Virus record (IMG/VR): IMGVR_UViG_3300023210_000023
Reading direction: 5' to 3' (one strand)
Length of the DNA stretch: 64,000 nucleotides
DNA from: an uncultured virus (IMG/VR IMGVR_UViG_3300023210_000023)
Taxonomy: Duplodnaviria > Heunggongvirae > Uroviricota > Caudoviricetes
Position 1 is the stretch's first letter. Each line of letters opens with the position of its first letter. Position numbers and translations under genes: made by a program. Of the stretch, positions 51,215 through 61,542 are shown one piece after another. The notes beneath the pieces were generated by a model that saw nothing but the letters and a program-made list of their open reading frames with translations, searched no databases and had not been told where the DNA came from.

Positions 51215-54200
51215 ATGGCGTGTTTTAATGTAAATACAAAAGAATATAAAGCTTTAGAAGATAAGTATAAAGACAAAATGATTGTTGATGCTTTGATTAC
51301 TAATTACCAAGCTGCTTCTAAAAATGATTTAATACCTTCAGTACTGGAAGTAGAAGATCTACTAGCAGATAGAAAAGCATATTTTTCATTAGAAAAGCAA
51401 AACTTTGAAAAATCTTTATATGGGAACTTAAAAAAGAGAGGGCTTATTGCAAAGGTTGGTGGTAGATATTTTGTACAGAATACACCAACCGGTGAAATGA
51501 ATGGTAATATGCATAGAGCTAAGTATAATTATTTATTAATGCGAAACTATCTTTTACATCATGGTTTTGAAGATTATATAAGAATTGAAGAAACCAAAAG
51601 TGGTAAAACATATGAGGTATTTTTTGACGATAGTTTATTTAATCCTCAAGATATTATAGCTGAGTCACCATATAGTTCTAATAAGAAGTCTAAAGTTAAA
51701 CCATCTTCTACTAAAGTAAAAAAAGGTGTAGCATCTATATTTGAACAAACTCCAGAACTATCAAATATAGGAACTGAAGGTGAATATTCTGCTTATTTAG
51801 ATACTGTGTTTCCTAATAGTAAAGTAAAGAGCATTGTTTATCATGGTTCAGATTCAGAAATTAATTCTTTTGAATCTAACAAAGCAGGTTCAAAAAAAGA
51901 AAATGGAATATTTTTTACAGACTCTAAAAATGCTTCTTCTACTTATGGAAAGAATGTTTATCCTGTTCTTGTAAATATTAACTCTTCTTTTACTGGTTAT
52001 GAAAAAATATTTAACTCTATTGCAGACACAGAGTATTATAAAACAGAAGGTCTAAAGGATCTACAAGACAGAGCTAAAGGAGTATCATGGGGAAGAGAAC
52101 GTGAAGTATCAAAAAGCGATGTAGCTAATGTACAAGAAGCTTGGAGTACTATAAACCCTGAAACACCTTTTGATCCTACTCATATAGAAGAAGGAGAAAC
52201 ATATTGGAATATTGAAACAGCTGTTGTTTCTAGAAACACTCTTGCTGAAAGACGTTTAAAAGCTATAGAATTAAATGGAGTATTTTTTCATCAAAATTCT
52301 ATGGAGCAAGCATTTAAAGAAGCTACTGCACAAGGGCGGGATAGTATTACAGTAGAAGGTATGGTAGATGAATTTAATTGGAACATTGCTACTAACTATG
52401 ATAATTTAGTTGCATATAAATCTACACAGTATGCTATTCTTAATCCTAAAAATATATATAGATTAGGTTCTAAAAAAGATATAGAAGGATTTAAAAAGTT
52501 TGTTAAACAACCTCAAGCAACTGAAACTAACATACTACAACTAGTAGATGAGTTAGTAAGTAAATTTCCTGGTGTTAGTATAGAAGTAATGAGTGTAGCT
52601 CAAGCTGAATATTTTTTGAACTTACTACCTGTAGATGCAAGACCTACAAAACTTCAGTTCAAGAAAGTTAAAAGTTTTTATTATGATGGAAAGGCTGTAC
52701 TTATAAAAGGAAGAATAACAAAAGATACTGCAGTAGAAGAAGTACTACATCCCTTTATTGAATCTTTATTTTTAGATAATCAAGAGTTATTTAAAAATTT
52801 ACATAGAGAAGCTAGAAGAACATTCCCGGTATTAAATCAACAAATTAAAGACACTTACAAAAGAGGTTATTCAGAGAAAGTAAGAGCTTTAGAGTTGGTA
52901 ACACAAGCTTTAGTTAGACATTTTAATAAAGAATATGAATCAAAACCTAACAGGGCTTGGTATAATAATATTATTGAGTTCTTAAAGTGGTTTAAAGATA
53001 TAGTTGGTGATTACTATAGAAAGTATGTTGGACAAGGGTTGCCATTAAAAACTGAGTATATTAACTCTACAGCCACTCTATCTGATATTGCAAAAATATT
53101 AAATACTGATCAGTTAAGATTTGACTTAATTAAGAATGTTAGTCCAACAGTAATGTTTTCATTAACACCGCAAGCAAAAAGTAATCTTGATGCTATAAAA
53201 AAACACGCTAATCCTACTCAAGTAGCAATAGTAGAAAACTTATTTAATAATCTAAAGAGTGATGAATTTGAACATGATATATTAGGTTTAAATAGAATCA
53301 CACTAGAAGATGGTAAGTATAAAGACATAGATGATGCAGATATAAAATTTAAAAGTACAGAAGAAATTATACTGGGTAACACTGATTCGGTTAATAGAAA
53401 AATAAGAACTGATTTTCATACATTACTTACAGGGTTAACTACTCAAACAGAAGTTGAAGATCTAAGTTTTGATTATTTTAATGATCAAGCAGCTAAAAGA
53501 TTAATGGGTCAACTAAGTGCAATTGTACATGGGTATGGTCTTCATGATGATAGGAGTGTATTTGTTCCTAATGTAGTTATTGGTAACTCTGAGAACGGTA
53601 TTGCAGACACTATTGATTTATTAAAAGTAGATGTTAACGGAGTAGTTACACCAATAAGTTTATCTATTAGTGGACTTAGTAGTTTTTCAACAGCATATTC
53701 TCAAGATATTATATCTACTGAGTCAGAACTATTTGAAAAAGGTGTTTCAACAAAAATACTTAATGATACACGTTCTGCATTACAAAGAAGACTTCTTGAA
53801 AATATGGGATATAAGTTAGCAGAAAACAGTTTAGTAATAAATGTTAATGCAGAAGGTAATACCCATACTATAGAAGGTATAACACCTGTTAAATCTACTG
53901 TAAATAAAATGCAAGTAGAAAACATTGCTCCATTAGATATTGATTCTGTAGAACAAACTACTATTGAAGAAATATTAGAAATGGAACAAGCTCCTGAAGC
54001 TAAAGAAGATTTCTTAACTGAAGAAGAAGCATTACCTGAAAATGAAGAAGATCTTTCTTATGATACTTATGATGCTTTGTTTAAAGCTCTTTCTAAGTTT
54101 GATAAAGGTTTAATGACATCAGAAGAAGTTTTTACCAATACCATGAGCTATATATCAATGGATAAAGGTAAACAAGAATTAATGGAAGAGATTTCTGTAA

Positions 54201-57200
54201 CAAGAGCAATGATTGCTGAAGTATATGAAGATCCTGAAAAAGTTAAAAAAATATATACAGATGTAATAAGACAATCATTAAGAGCATTTGAATCATTTAA
54301 AGACTATGCAACAGATCCAGATAATTATGGAAAACCTGAATATATTAATAAGATATTAGGAATGCAAAAGTTTATTGAAAGCTACAGGGGTCTTATAAAC
54401 TTAGATGCCTCAAGTGGATTAAGTAAGAATCAATTATTACTTAAAAATAAACTACAAACTGCTCTTAATGAATTAGTTGGTATTAGAAATCCAGAAGGTC
54501 TTAGTTCCGAAATGGGTATTCTTGATGCTTCTATACGTAATTATGTTAGAGCATTAGTAAAAAGTAAATCACAAAGAGATTTTACTGAAGAAGAACTTAA
54601 TGAGATAATGACTACAGCTAAGGATATAGGTGTTGTTAGTGAAGCAGTTAGTGATATGAATACATCAGACGATCCTATTTCTGCTTTAATGGCTAAGATC
54701 TGGAAGAGAGATAGACAAATAGTATTAGATAGAGTTGCTAGACGTGCTCCTAGAATTAAATCAGCATCATTAAAATTAAAGAAATTAGGTAATGAGGATT
54801 TCATGTGGATGATTGAAACAGATGAGAATGGTGTACCTACAGGAAGATATGTAAAAGAAATAGGTAAACAATACTACGAAAAAAGAAAAGCACTTAGAGA
54901 TAAGCTTTATGATGAAAAAGGTAAGTATAAAGCATATAGATTAATTGATCCTGAAAATTTAGATAAAGCAAAGTCAGAAGATATTGCATATAATAAACAA
55001 TTGTTTCAAGATAAAAGAGACTATAGAGATTATATGAAAGCAGAAAGAACTGGTGTAGCAGGACCTAGAGATGGTAAATTTCATAGATACTCTCAAAAAT
55101 TTAAAGATGCAAGAGAAAAGCATGAGGTATGGTTTCAAGAATCAGGATCTGAATATGGTTATTGGGTAAGAAGAAACTCAGTTAGTGATAAAAACTGGAA
55201 TGATTATATAGCTAAACATTACGATAGTTTTGATTATGAGAAAGCAATAACAGATAGTGATGGTGTTCCTACTGGTAGTGTAGTTATATCACACATGCGT
55301 GCACCTAAACAAACATTTAGAGAAATAAGAAAACGGGCAGCAGATGGTACAGAAATGAGAAGTGATCAGTGGTTAAAGCTTCATGACCCTAAAACTGAAC
55401 TTGAGAGAGCACAGTTAGAGTTTTATCAAATGTGGATGGATGTGTATGAAGGTGAACTATTAAATAAACTTCCAGATAATATAAGAATGTTAGGAAGGCT
55501 TCCTGTTATGGAGGGTGTTCAAATGAAAGGTTTAAAAAACAAGTCTACTATAGTAGGGAGAATGTGGGCTAGTATGAAAAGAGGTACTAGTAATTTAATT
55601 AATCCTACAATAAAACTTAAAAAGACATTTACAGATGAATACGGTAATATAATAACAGACTCACTTCCTTTAATGTATGTTGGATCCATAAGAACAGAAC
55701 AACAATTAATAGACATACAAAATCAAATTGATGCTGCTAATACTGAGTATGCTCAAGCAACTACTGCTGCAGAAAAAAATAAAATTAATAAAAAATTAAA
55801 AGTATTAAGAGGAGAACAAAATAAAATAGAAAGCAGACCAGAAGCAACTAATTTAAATTTAAATTTAGATGAGGTTCTATTAAAGTTTTCAGCTATGGCA
55901 GAAAATTATGAAGTGATGAGTCAAGCTGAAGATACTTATACTGCTATGATGAAAGTTATAAAAGATAGATCTGAAGCTACATATGATGAAGATGGTAATC
56001 TTGTCCCTGGTGAAAAAACTAAAGAAGAATCAAGAAGGTATAGAAGAGCTAGGAAATGGATGAAGATGACATATTATGGTAATGATCAGGATACTTTAAA
56101 CTTTTTTGAAAAGATGACCAAAGGTCTTATTAATCAGACATCATTAGCTTATGTAGGGTTTAACGTCTTTGGTAACTTAAACAACTATCTATTTGGTAGA
56201 ATGTCAAATAGTATTGAGACACTAGGTTCTAGACACTTTGATGGAAGTCAAATGGTATACACTCTTGCTGAGTTTAATGGTAGAGCGTTGCAAGATGTAT
56301 TTTCAAGATTAGCTGAGATGACAGATAGTAATAGTAAATGGAAGCCTGCTAACTTTAGTAGTAAGTATTTAGCCAGTGTAGATTTCTTTAGAATGTTAGA
56401 TGATAAATCAGATTTACGTGAACAAACAAAAGGTGATAAAGAAAGTTTGTGGAGAAGATTAACAAACTGGGGATTCTTTCTTCAGGATGCTGGTGAATTT
56501 AATGTACAGAGTAAGGTAGGTAATGTTATAGTAAGATCACATACTGCAATAAATAGTAAAACAGGAGAAACAAAGAGTTTATACGATGCATTAATATTTA
56601 ACAGAGAGACAGGTGCCCTAGAGATGGAAGAAGGGTATGATCAAGTACAGATGTACGGTAGAGATAAAATCATGGAATGGAATGATGATGCAAAATATGA
56701 GATAAGAAACAATATAAGAGAAGTAAATAAAATTATACATGGTAACTATGCTCATGAAGATAGAATGGTTATACAGTCTCATGCTTTAGGTCAATTAGCA
56801 GCACAGTTTCATAAGTGGGTAGTGCCATCTATACAAACTAGATTTAGACCAGAATACTTTGATGAAAATTTAGGATGGGTAGAAGGAAGATACTTAAGTT
56901 TTTGGAACTTTATGAGTTACTTTTATAAAAATATAAATGAACTGGGTAGTATACATGAGAACTATAAGAAACATCATGGTGTAAAAGGAAAGCAGAAGCT
57001 ACAGAATGCATATAGAACAATAGGAGAGCTAGGACTATTCATGACTACAATTATAATTAGAAACTTGTTAGTGAAACTATTTGCAGATGATGATGATGAT
57101 AGTGAAGTAAAAAAGAAACTAGAAAATGTATTAATATATCAAGCAGATAGATTGAGAAAAGAACTTGTAACTTTTAACCCTGTACCTGGTATGGGTGGTT

Positions 57201-57472
57201 ATCAGCAAATGATGCAACTGTTTAAGTCACCTATAGCAGCAACAAGAACATTGGGTGAATTAGGGGAAGCTATGGAAGTAACTGTTGGTACAGGTTTATC
57301 TTATGCGTTTTTAGATGATGAAGCATTTTTTGAAACAAGTTATGTATACAAAAGAGGAAATAGAAAAGGAAAAATGAAACTTGGAAAAGAATGGGGAGAT
57401 GCCCTACCTATTCTTTATACTATAAACAGATGGAAGGGATATGAACGTATCACTGACTTCTACATTAAATAA
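51215..57472 (+). CDS. Large polyvalent virion protein: ADP-ribosyltransferase-like domain, degenerate zincin, degenerate PD-(D/E)xK fold, helical C-terminus
   Basis: VYHGS…GIFFTDSKNASSTYG…VYPVLVNI…DSI…QYAILNPKNI (ART-PolyVal-like); EEVLHPF…ELVT; GIADTIDLLKVDVNG. Confidence 0.7.
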   Translation: MACFNVNTKEYKALEDKYKDKMIVDALITNYQAASKNDLIPSVLEVEDLLADRKAYFSLEKQNFEKSLYGNLKKRGLIAKVGGRYFVQNTPTGEMNGNMHRAKYNYLLMRNYLLHHGFEDYIRIEETKSGKTYEVFFDDSLFNPQDIIAESPYSSNKKSKVKPSSTKVKKGVASIFEQTPELSNIGTEGEYSAYLDTVFPNSKVKSIVYHGSDSEINSFESNKAGSKKENGIFFTDSKNASSTYGKNVYPVLVNINSSFTGYEKIFNSIADTEYYKTEGLKDLQDRAKGVSWGREREVSKSDVANVQEAWSTINPETPFDPTHIEEGETYWNIETAVVSRNTLAERRLKAIELNGVFFHQNSMEQAFKEATAQGRDSITVEGMVDEFNWNIATNYDNLVAYKSTQYAILNPKNIYRLGSKKDIEGFKKFVKQPQATETNILQLVDELVSKFPGVSIEVMSVAQAEYFLNLLPVDARPTKLQFKKVKSFYYDGKAVLIKGRITKDTAVEEVLHPFIESLFLDNQELFKNLHREARRTFPVLNQQIKDTYKRGYSEKVRALELVTQALVRHFNKEYESKPNRAWYNNIIEFLKWFKDIVGDYYRKYVGQGLPLKTEYINSTATLSDIAKILNTDQLRFDLIKNVSPTVMFSLTPQAKSNLDAIKKHANPTQVAIVENLFNNLKSDEFEHDILGLNRITLEDGKYKDIDDADIKFKSTEEIILGNTDSVNRKIRTDFHTLLTGLTTQTEVEDLSFDYFNDQAAKRLMGQLSAIVHGYGLHDDRSVFVPNVVIGNSENGIADTIDLLKVDVNGVVTPISLSISGLSSFSTAYSQDIISTESELFEKGVSTKILNDTRSALQRRLLENMGYKLAENSLVINVNAEGNTHTIEGITPVKSTVNKMQVENIAPLDIDSVEQTTIEEILEMEQAPEAKEDFLTEEEALPENEEDLSYDTYDALFKALSKFDKGLMTSEEVFTNTMSYISMDKGKQELMEEISVTRAMIAEVYEDPEKVKKIYTDVIRQSLRAFESFKDYATDPDNYGKPEYINKILGMQKFIESYRGLINLDASSGLSKNQLLLKNKLQTALNELVGIRNPEGLSSEMGILDASIRNYVRALVKSKSQRDFTEEELNEIMTTAKDIGVVSEAVSDMNTSDDPISALMAKIWKRDRQIVLDRVARRAPRIKSASLKLKKLGNEDFMWMIETDENGVPTGRYVKEIGKQYYEKRKALRDKLYDEKGKYKAYRLIDPENLDKAKSEDIAYNKQLFQDKRDYRDYMKAERTGVAGPRDGKFHRYSQKFKDAREKHEVWFQESGSEYGYWVRRNSVSDKNWNDYIAKHYDSFDYEKAITDSDGVPTGSVVISHMRAPKQTFREIRKRAADGTEMRSDQWLKLHDPKTELERAQLEFYQMWMDVYEGELLNKLPDNIRMLGRLPVMEGVQMKGLKNKSTIVGRMWASMKRGTSNLINPTIKLKKTFTDEYGNIITDSLPLMYVGSIRTEQQLIDIQNQIDAANTEYAQATTAAEKNKINKKLKVLRGEQNKIESRPEATNLNLNLDEVLLKFSAMAENYEVMSQAEDTYTAMMKVIKDRSEATYDEDGNLVPGEKTKEESRRYRRARKWMKMTYYGNDQDTLNFFEKMTKGLINQTSLAYVGFNVFGNLNNYLFGRMSNSIETLGSRHFDGSQMVYTLAEFNGRALQDVFSRLAEMTDSNSKWKPANFSSKYLASVDFFRMLDDKSDLREQTKGDKESLWRRLTNWGFFLQDAGEFNVQSKVGNVIVRSHTAINSKTGETKSLYDALIFNRETGALEMEEGYDQVQMYGRDKIMEWNDDAKYEIRNNIREVNKIIHGNYAHEDRMVIQSHALGQLAAQFHKWVVPSIQTRFRPEYFDENLGWVEGRYLSFWNFMSYFYKNINELGSIHENYKKHHGVKGKQKLQNAYRTIGELGLFMTTIIIRNLLVKLFADDDDDSEVKKKLENVLIYQADRLRKELVTFNPVPGMGGYQQMMQLFKSPIAATRTLGELGEAMEVTVGTGLSYAFLDDEAFFETSYVYKRGNRKGKMKLGKEWGDALPILYTINRWKGYERITDFYIK

Positions 57473-57474
57473 CT

Positions 57475-57810
57475 ATGGAAAAAAACTGTAAAACTAAGAT
57501 CTATAAACCACTACCTGATTATTTGACTATTGGTCCTTCTGATATACATGGTGCTGGTATTATTGCTAAAGATGACATCCCTGCTGAGATAGATCTAGGC
57601 ATTAGTCATATTTATGATCCTGAGTTTCAACATAATTATATAAGAACTCCATTAGGGGGATTTGTAAATCACTCAGAGAATCCAAATTGTGAGTTAATTG
57701 ATAAAGATGATGATTACCATTATAAGACTATAAGAACTATTAAGAAAGTAGAAGCAGGAGATGAGATTACACTTAAGTATTCTTTGTATGAGATCTGTGA
57801 TTACTTATAA
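57475..57810 (+). CDS. SET-domain protein (putative lysine methyltransferase)
   Basis: SDIHGAGIIA (motif I), GFVNHSENPNC (NHS motif) and GDEITLKY (terminal catalytic Tyr motif). Confidence 0.9.
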   Translation: MEKNCKTKIYKPLPDYLTIGPSDIHGAGIIAKDDIPAEIDLGISHIYDPEFQHNYIRTPLGGFVNHSENPNCELIDKDDDYHYKTIRTIKKVEAGDEITLKYSLYEICDYL

Positions 57811-58428
57811 ACTATTGTATACTCCCGGTAGTCCAAATATTATATTACCATGAAATCCAAATTGATTATTATATAAACCTTCTTCTATAGAAAACTTGTC
57901 TGCTATTTCAATAGGTGCAAATTTACATTTATCTCTCATATAGTCTCCATGTTGTACACATAAGTAATAATCTTCAGCACTAAGTTTCATATATTCTGAT
58001 GAATTAGCCTCTCTCAAGATTTTTGATTCTTGTAAAAACTTTTTACTTCTTAATGAAAATCCTCCATTACCTACTAGATATTTAGAGTTTAACAACTTAA
58101 AATGAGGATGACTTTCATTAGTTCTATCTATATGTTTAATTACTGCATGCCAAGAAGCGCCTATATAATCATAGTTTAAGAAATCATCTTCCCAAGCATC
58201 CATATTTAAAATATAACCATCTAGTTGTATAATCAATACAAAATCAGTAGTTATTAAGGATGGTAACTCTGTTAAGCAAAACTCACTATAAGTTTGTAAA
58301 CTAGTAATTTTAGGGTCTGTAATAAGAAGTGTCTTATCTGGTTTAAATAATTCTGCTTGTTCTTTTAGAAGTATTTTTGCTGCAGGAATATCTCTGTTCT
58401 CTACTAATAATAATGTTATTGTTTTCAT
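57805..58428 (-). CDS. DUF5672-like glycosyltransferase-fold protein
   Basis: LIIQLDG…DDFLNYDYIGASW…VGNGGFSLRSK…AEDYYLC…FSIE…FGFH. Confidence 0.8.
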   Translation of the reverse strand: MKTITLLLVENRDIPAAKILLKEQAELFKPDKTLLITDPKITSLQTYSEFCLTELPSLITTDFVLIIQLDGYILNMDAWEDDFLNYDYIGASWHAVIKHIDRTNESHPHFKLLNSKYLVGNGGFSLRSKKFLQESKILREANSSEYMKLSAEDYYLCVQHGDYMRDKCKFAPIEIADKFSIEEGLYNNQFGFHGNIIFGLPGVYNSL

Positions 58429-58429
58429 A

Positions 58430-59212
58430 CTAAGTAATATATCTATTTCTATCAGTACTTAGTTTTGCAAGCACAGCTTTATAACGTCTTACATTATTAA
58501 CTGAAGTTCCACCTGCACCTTTATGTAATGCATCATCTTGCAATCCATAATTTAGAACTCCTCTATTAAGCCATATATCTCTTATACAAAACTTCCCTGG
58601 TACATTAACTACTTTAATAGATGTTCCTTTACTACAATAATAATTACTTAGTACAACATCATCAGATAAATAGAAATCTAAATCATCTATATATATGTTT
58701 ATATATTCCATAAAGTCATCAGCAAAAGTATCTAATCTTATACAGACAGCCGCATAACCTTCAGCTACTGAAGCTGTTGCATTATGTCTTCTAACTCCGG
58801 ATATATTATCACAAGAATTAGGACCACACCTGAAATCAAATCCTGAACCTACATATATAGAGTTATCATTAGGCATGCTCTTCATTGTCTCTAACATAGT
58901 TAGTGGATATATTACATCATCATCTAAATATATTATTCTTGTCTCAACAGGATTAAAGTTATTATCTTTAAGATATTTCACAGTAGGTATAACCTTGGTT
59001 CCTGGACCATAATCTCTATCTGCTCTATTAATTAATGTGTTATCCTCTACAAATTTAGGAATATCATACTCTTCAGAAGTTCTTGCAAAAACATGAGGTA
59101 TATTTAATATTATTAAATCCGGCTTAACTGTCTGGTTTAACAGACTATCTAGCATAGATTTACATTTATGTATTCTAGTTGGACTAGTTGTAAATGAAAT
59201 TATATATTTCAT
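58430..59212 (-). CDS. GT-A fold (family 2-like) glycosyltransferase
   Basis: ISFTTSPTRI…LDSLLNQT…DYGPGTK…YLDDDVIYP (DxD)…SDDVVLS. Confidence 0.8.
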   Translation of the reverse strand: MKYIISFTTSPTRIHKCKSMLDSLLNQTVKPDLIILNIPHVFARTSEEYDIPKFVEDNTLINRADRDYGPGTKVIPTVKYLKDNNFNPVETRIIYLDDDVIYPLTMLETMKSMPNDNSIYVGSGFDFRCGPNSCDNISGVRRHNATASVAEGYAAVCIRLDTFADDFMEYINIYIDDLDFYLSDDVVLSNYYCSKGTSIKVVNVPGKFCIRDIWLNRGVLNYGLQDDALHKGAGGTSVNNVRRYKAVLAKLSTDRNRYIT

Positions 59213-59536
59213 CTAAGCAGTAATTGCATTAAGGTAATAGTTCAACTTATCTGTATACATAGACAGTGGACCACCTCTTAATCTTTCTACTTCTTCTCCA
59301 TCTTTAAATAACAGTACAGTAGGAATTCCTCTTATCCCATGAACTGGCATTAGACCCTGATTCTCATCAGTATTTACTTTACCTATTACGACTTCTTTAC
59401 CTTCAAAGTCCTCTATTAACTTATCAATAGTAGGCATCAATGCTCTACAAGGACCACACCAAGGTGCCCAAAATTGTATTAGTATAAGTTTATTTTCTTT
59501 TATTTCTTTTTCAATGTTTGCTTCATTTAGTTCCAT
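59213..59536 (-). CDS. trxA: Thioredoxin
   Basis: FWAPWCGPC active site, cis-Pro motif GIPT, FKDG. Confidence 0.95.
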   Translation of the reverse strand: MELNEANIEKEIKENKLILIQFWAPWCGPCRALMPTIDKLIEDFEGKEVVIGKVNTDENQGLMPVHGIRGIPTVLLFKDGEEVERLRGGPLSMYTDKLNYYLNAITA

Positions 59537-59553
59537 AAGGTTTTTTTTAATTA

Positions 59554-61413
59554 TTATCTGATTTCACAGGCACCACCAGCACAAGCTAGTTCACCTTTAA
59601 GATCTGTATTATCATCTTCTTCTATTATATTGGATAAATCAATATCCATAAGATGCTTAAGCATCTCAGTAAATTTCTTTTTAGATATATCTTCAAATGG
59701 AGCTTGAATATAACTACCACCATTATATGGTAGTACTGATAGACCATTATAGTATTCTCTGTTATTCCACATCCACTCACCAGCTTTATCCCATTCATCT
59801 TCTTTAAGTGAAATTGTTGCAGATACATTATGACTATTAGATCCATTTCTGTGCCCAGGGTTTACCCATTCAGTAGCAACTTTCTTTACTCTTTCAAGTA
59901 AGTCAAAAGAAGATTCAGTTCTTAAGATGGATCCTTCAGGTGCGCTTTGTGGTATACTAATTACAGCAGTATCATGTGGTCTAAAGTAATCATCCTCTAA
60001 TAGGTCAGGGTGATGAGCCAATAAGTAATTGTAAATCGGCTCATTCTTCCCAACTCTTAATCTTCTAACATAATACTTTGAGTGCCAAGCATGTATACCT
60101 GATGAAGTTCCTAATGTTAAAGAAGTTGTTCCTGCAGGCTTTACAGTTGTTGTTCTAGCTGCTTTTTTTATACCAATTAGTTTAGCAACACGGGCATTTT
60201 CTTTCTTTACTATTGATGCTGCCTCAGTTGTATTAAGTTTTAAGACTTTACCGCTTCCAATTCCAGTCATAGAAATACCAATCAAAGCATCCTTCTCAGT
60301 TGTTTCTTGCCATATTTCTCTTAGATAGTGGAAGTCAGTGTAACCAGCTTGTAATGTTCCAATAAATGCAGCAGCTTTAACTCTCTCATTAAAATCTTCC
60401 TGTGACTCAAGATCACTTGCGTTAACCTCACAAAGGTTACAAAATTGATAAGGACGTAAAGCTATTTCACAACAAGGATTAGTTCCCCAATCTTTATCAT
60501 TATTTAAGTATATGCCTGGCTCACCTGAACCTGATAGTTCAATACGTTTCCATATGTCTAAGAAAAACTCTTTAGTAATTTTGTGTCTCATTAATACAGC
60601 TGAATTGTTGGCTCTACCTCTTTGAGGATTTGATTCCCACCAATTTCCTGATTTACACGATATCATTTCATCATCATGAGCACTAAAAAGACTAATAAGA
60701 GCAGCACGCCTTATACCACCAGCTAATACAGCATCAGCTATATAACATATAATATCATGTACTTCTAATGTAGATAGCTGATCCCCATCTTCTTTAGAAC
60801 CTAACAACCCTTCTATCTTTAATAAACATTCTTTTAACGGTTGTGGCCCTGGAGCTTTTCCACCTGATGTCACTAGTCTAGCTCCTTTAGGTCTAATGTC
60901 TGAAAAGTCAAATATGACCTTAGAAGATCTACCATTAAGATATGACTTCATTAATAATTTAACTGAGTCAGCCCAACCTTCTATTGAATCACTTATCAAA
61001 TATCTTTTTGTTCTCTTTGGGTAAGGTTTATTTATAGGAGGAAGTTTTGCAACATGATGATTTTGAACAGAATACCCAACACCAGTACCACCTAGAAGAA
61101 GAAACATGCATTCAGCAAAAGAATTAATATGATCCACAGGCATATAAGCACAGTTATATATTCTATTAGGAGAAATTTCAATGGGTTTACCACCGAACTG
61201 CATAGATCTCATTGATGGTAATACTTGCTTATCATAAACAAACTTATAAGCACTATCTATTTGATCCTTAAGATCTGGATATGATTTAATATGCATAGCT
61301 TTATTACGACTAACTAATTCTTCCCAAGTTTCTCTTCTATTTAATTCTGGTATATATCTACTGTACTTCATATAGACAGTAATATCACTAAGTATTTTGT
61401 TGTTTAAATTCAT
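59554..61413 (-). CDS. nrdJ: Class II (adenosylcobalamin-dependent) ribonucleotide reductase
   Basis: PSMR…YNCAY, GTGVGYS, GGIRRAA, TNPCCEI, FCNL, VKPAGTTS and C-terminal ACAGGACE; no R2 subunit gene adjacent. Confidence 0.9.
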   Translation of the reverse strand: MNLNNKILSDITVYMKYSRYIPELNRRETWEELVSRNKAMHIKSYPDLKDQIDSAYKFVYDKQVLPSMRSMQFGGKPIEISPNRIYNCAYMPVDHINSFAECMFLLLGGTGVGYSVQNHHVAKLPPINKPYPKRTKRYLISDSIEGWADSVKLLMKSYLNGRSSKVIFDFSDIRPKGARLVTSGGKAPGPQPLKECLLKIEGLLGSKEDGDQLSTLEVHDIICYIADAVLAGGIRRAALISLFSAHDDEMISCKSGNWWESNPQRGRANNSAVLMRHKITKEFFLDIWKRIELSGSGEPGIYLNNDKDWGTNPCCEIALRPYQFCNLCEVNASDLESQEDFNERVKAAAFIGTLQAGYTDFHYLREIWQETTEKDALIGISMTGIGSGKVLKLNTTEAASIVKKENARVAKLIGIKKAARTTTVKPAGTTSLTLGTSSGIHAWHSKYYVRRLRVGKNEPIYNYLLAHHPDLLEDDYFRPHDTAVISIPQSAPEGSILRTESSFDLLERVKKVATEWVNPGHRNGSNSHNVSATISLKEDEWDKAGEWMWNNREYYNGLSVLPYNGGSYIQAPFEDISKKKFTEMLKHLMDIDLSNIIEEDDNTDLKGELACAGGACEIR

Positions 61414-61461
61414 TTTCTTTTAATTTTAATAAGTTAGTTTGAAAGGGTAAGTATAAGATAA

Positions 61462-61469
61462 CAAAACTA
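61462..61469 (-). promoter_or_regulatory. Possible Bacteroidota -7 element (TAGTTTTG) for the nrdJ operon
   Basis: TAnnTTTG match on the minus strand 48 nt upstream of the nrdJ ATG. Chance matches are likely in AT-rich DNA. Confidence 0.4.
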
Positions 61470-61542
61470 ATTATTATCATCAGTATAAAAACTTAAAATT
61501 TTACTATATTTTTTTTCATTCCTATTATATTTTCTTAATTCC

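Noticed and set aside
35194..61413. Inteins or self-splicing introns in the RNAP or nrdJ
   Set aside because: Both frames are continuous, nrdJ is of compact size, and no intein splice-junction or homing-endonuclease motifs were recognised.
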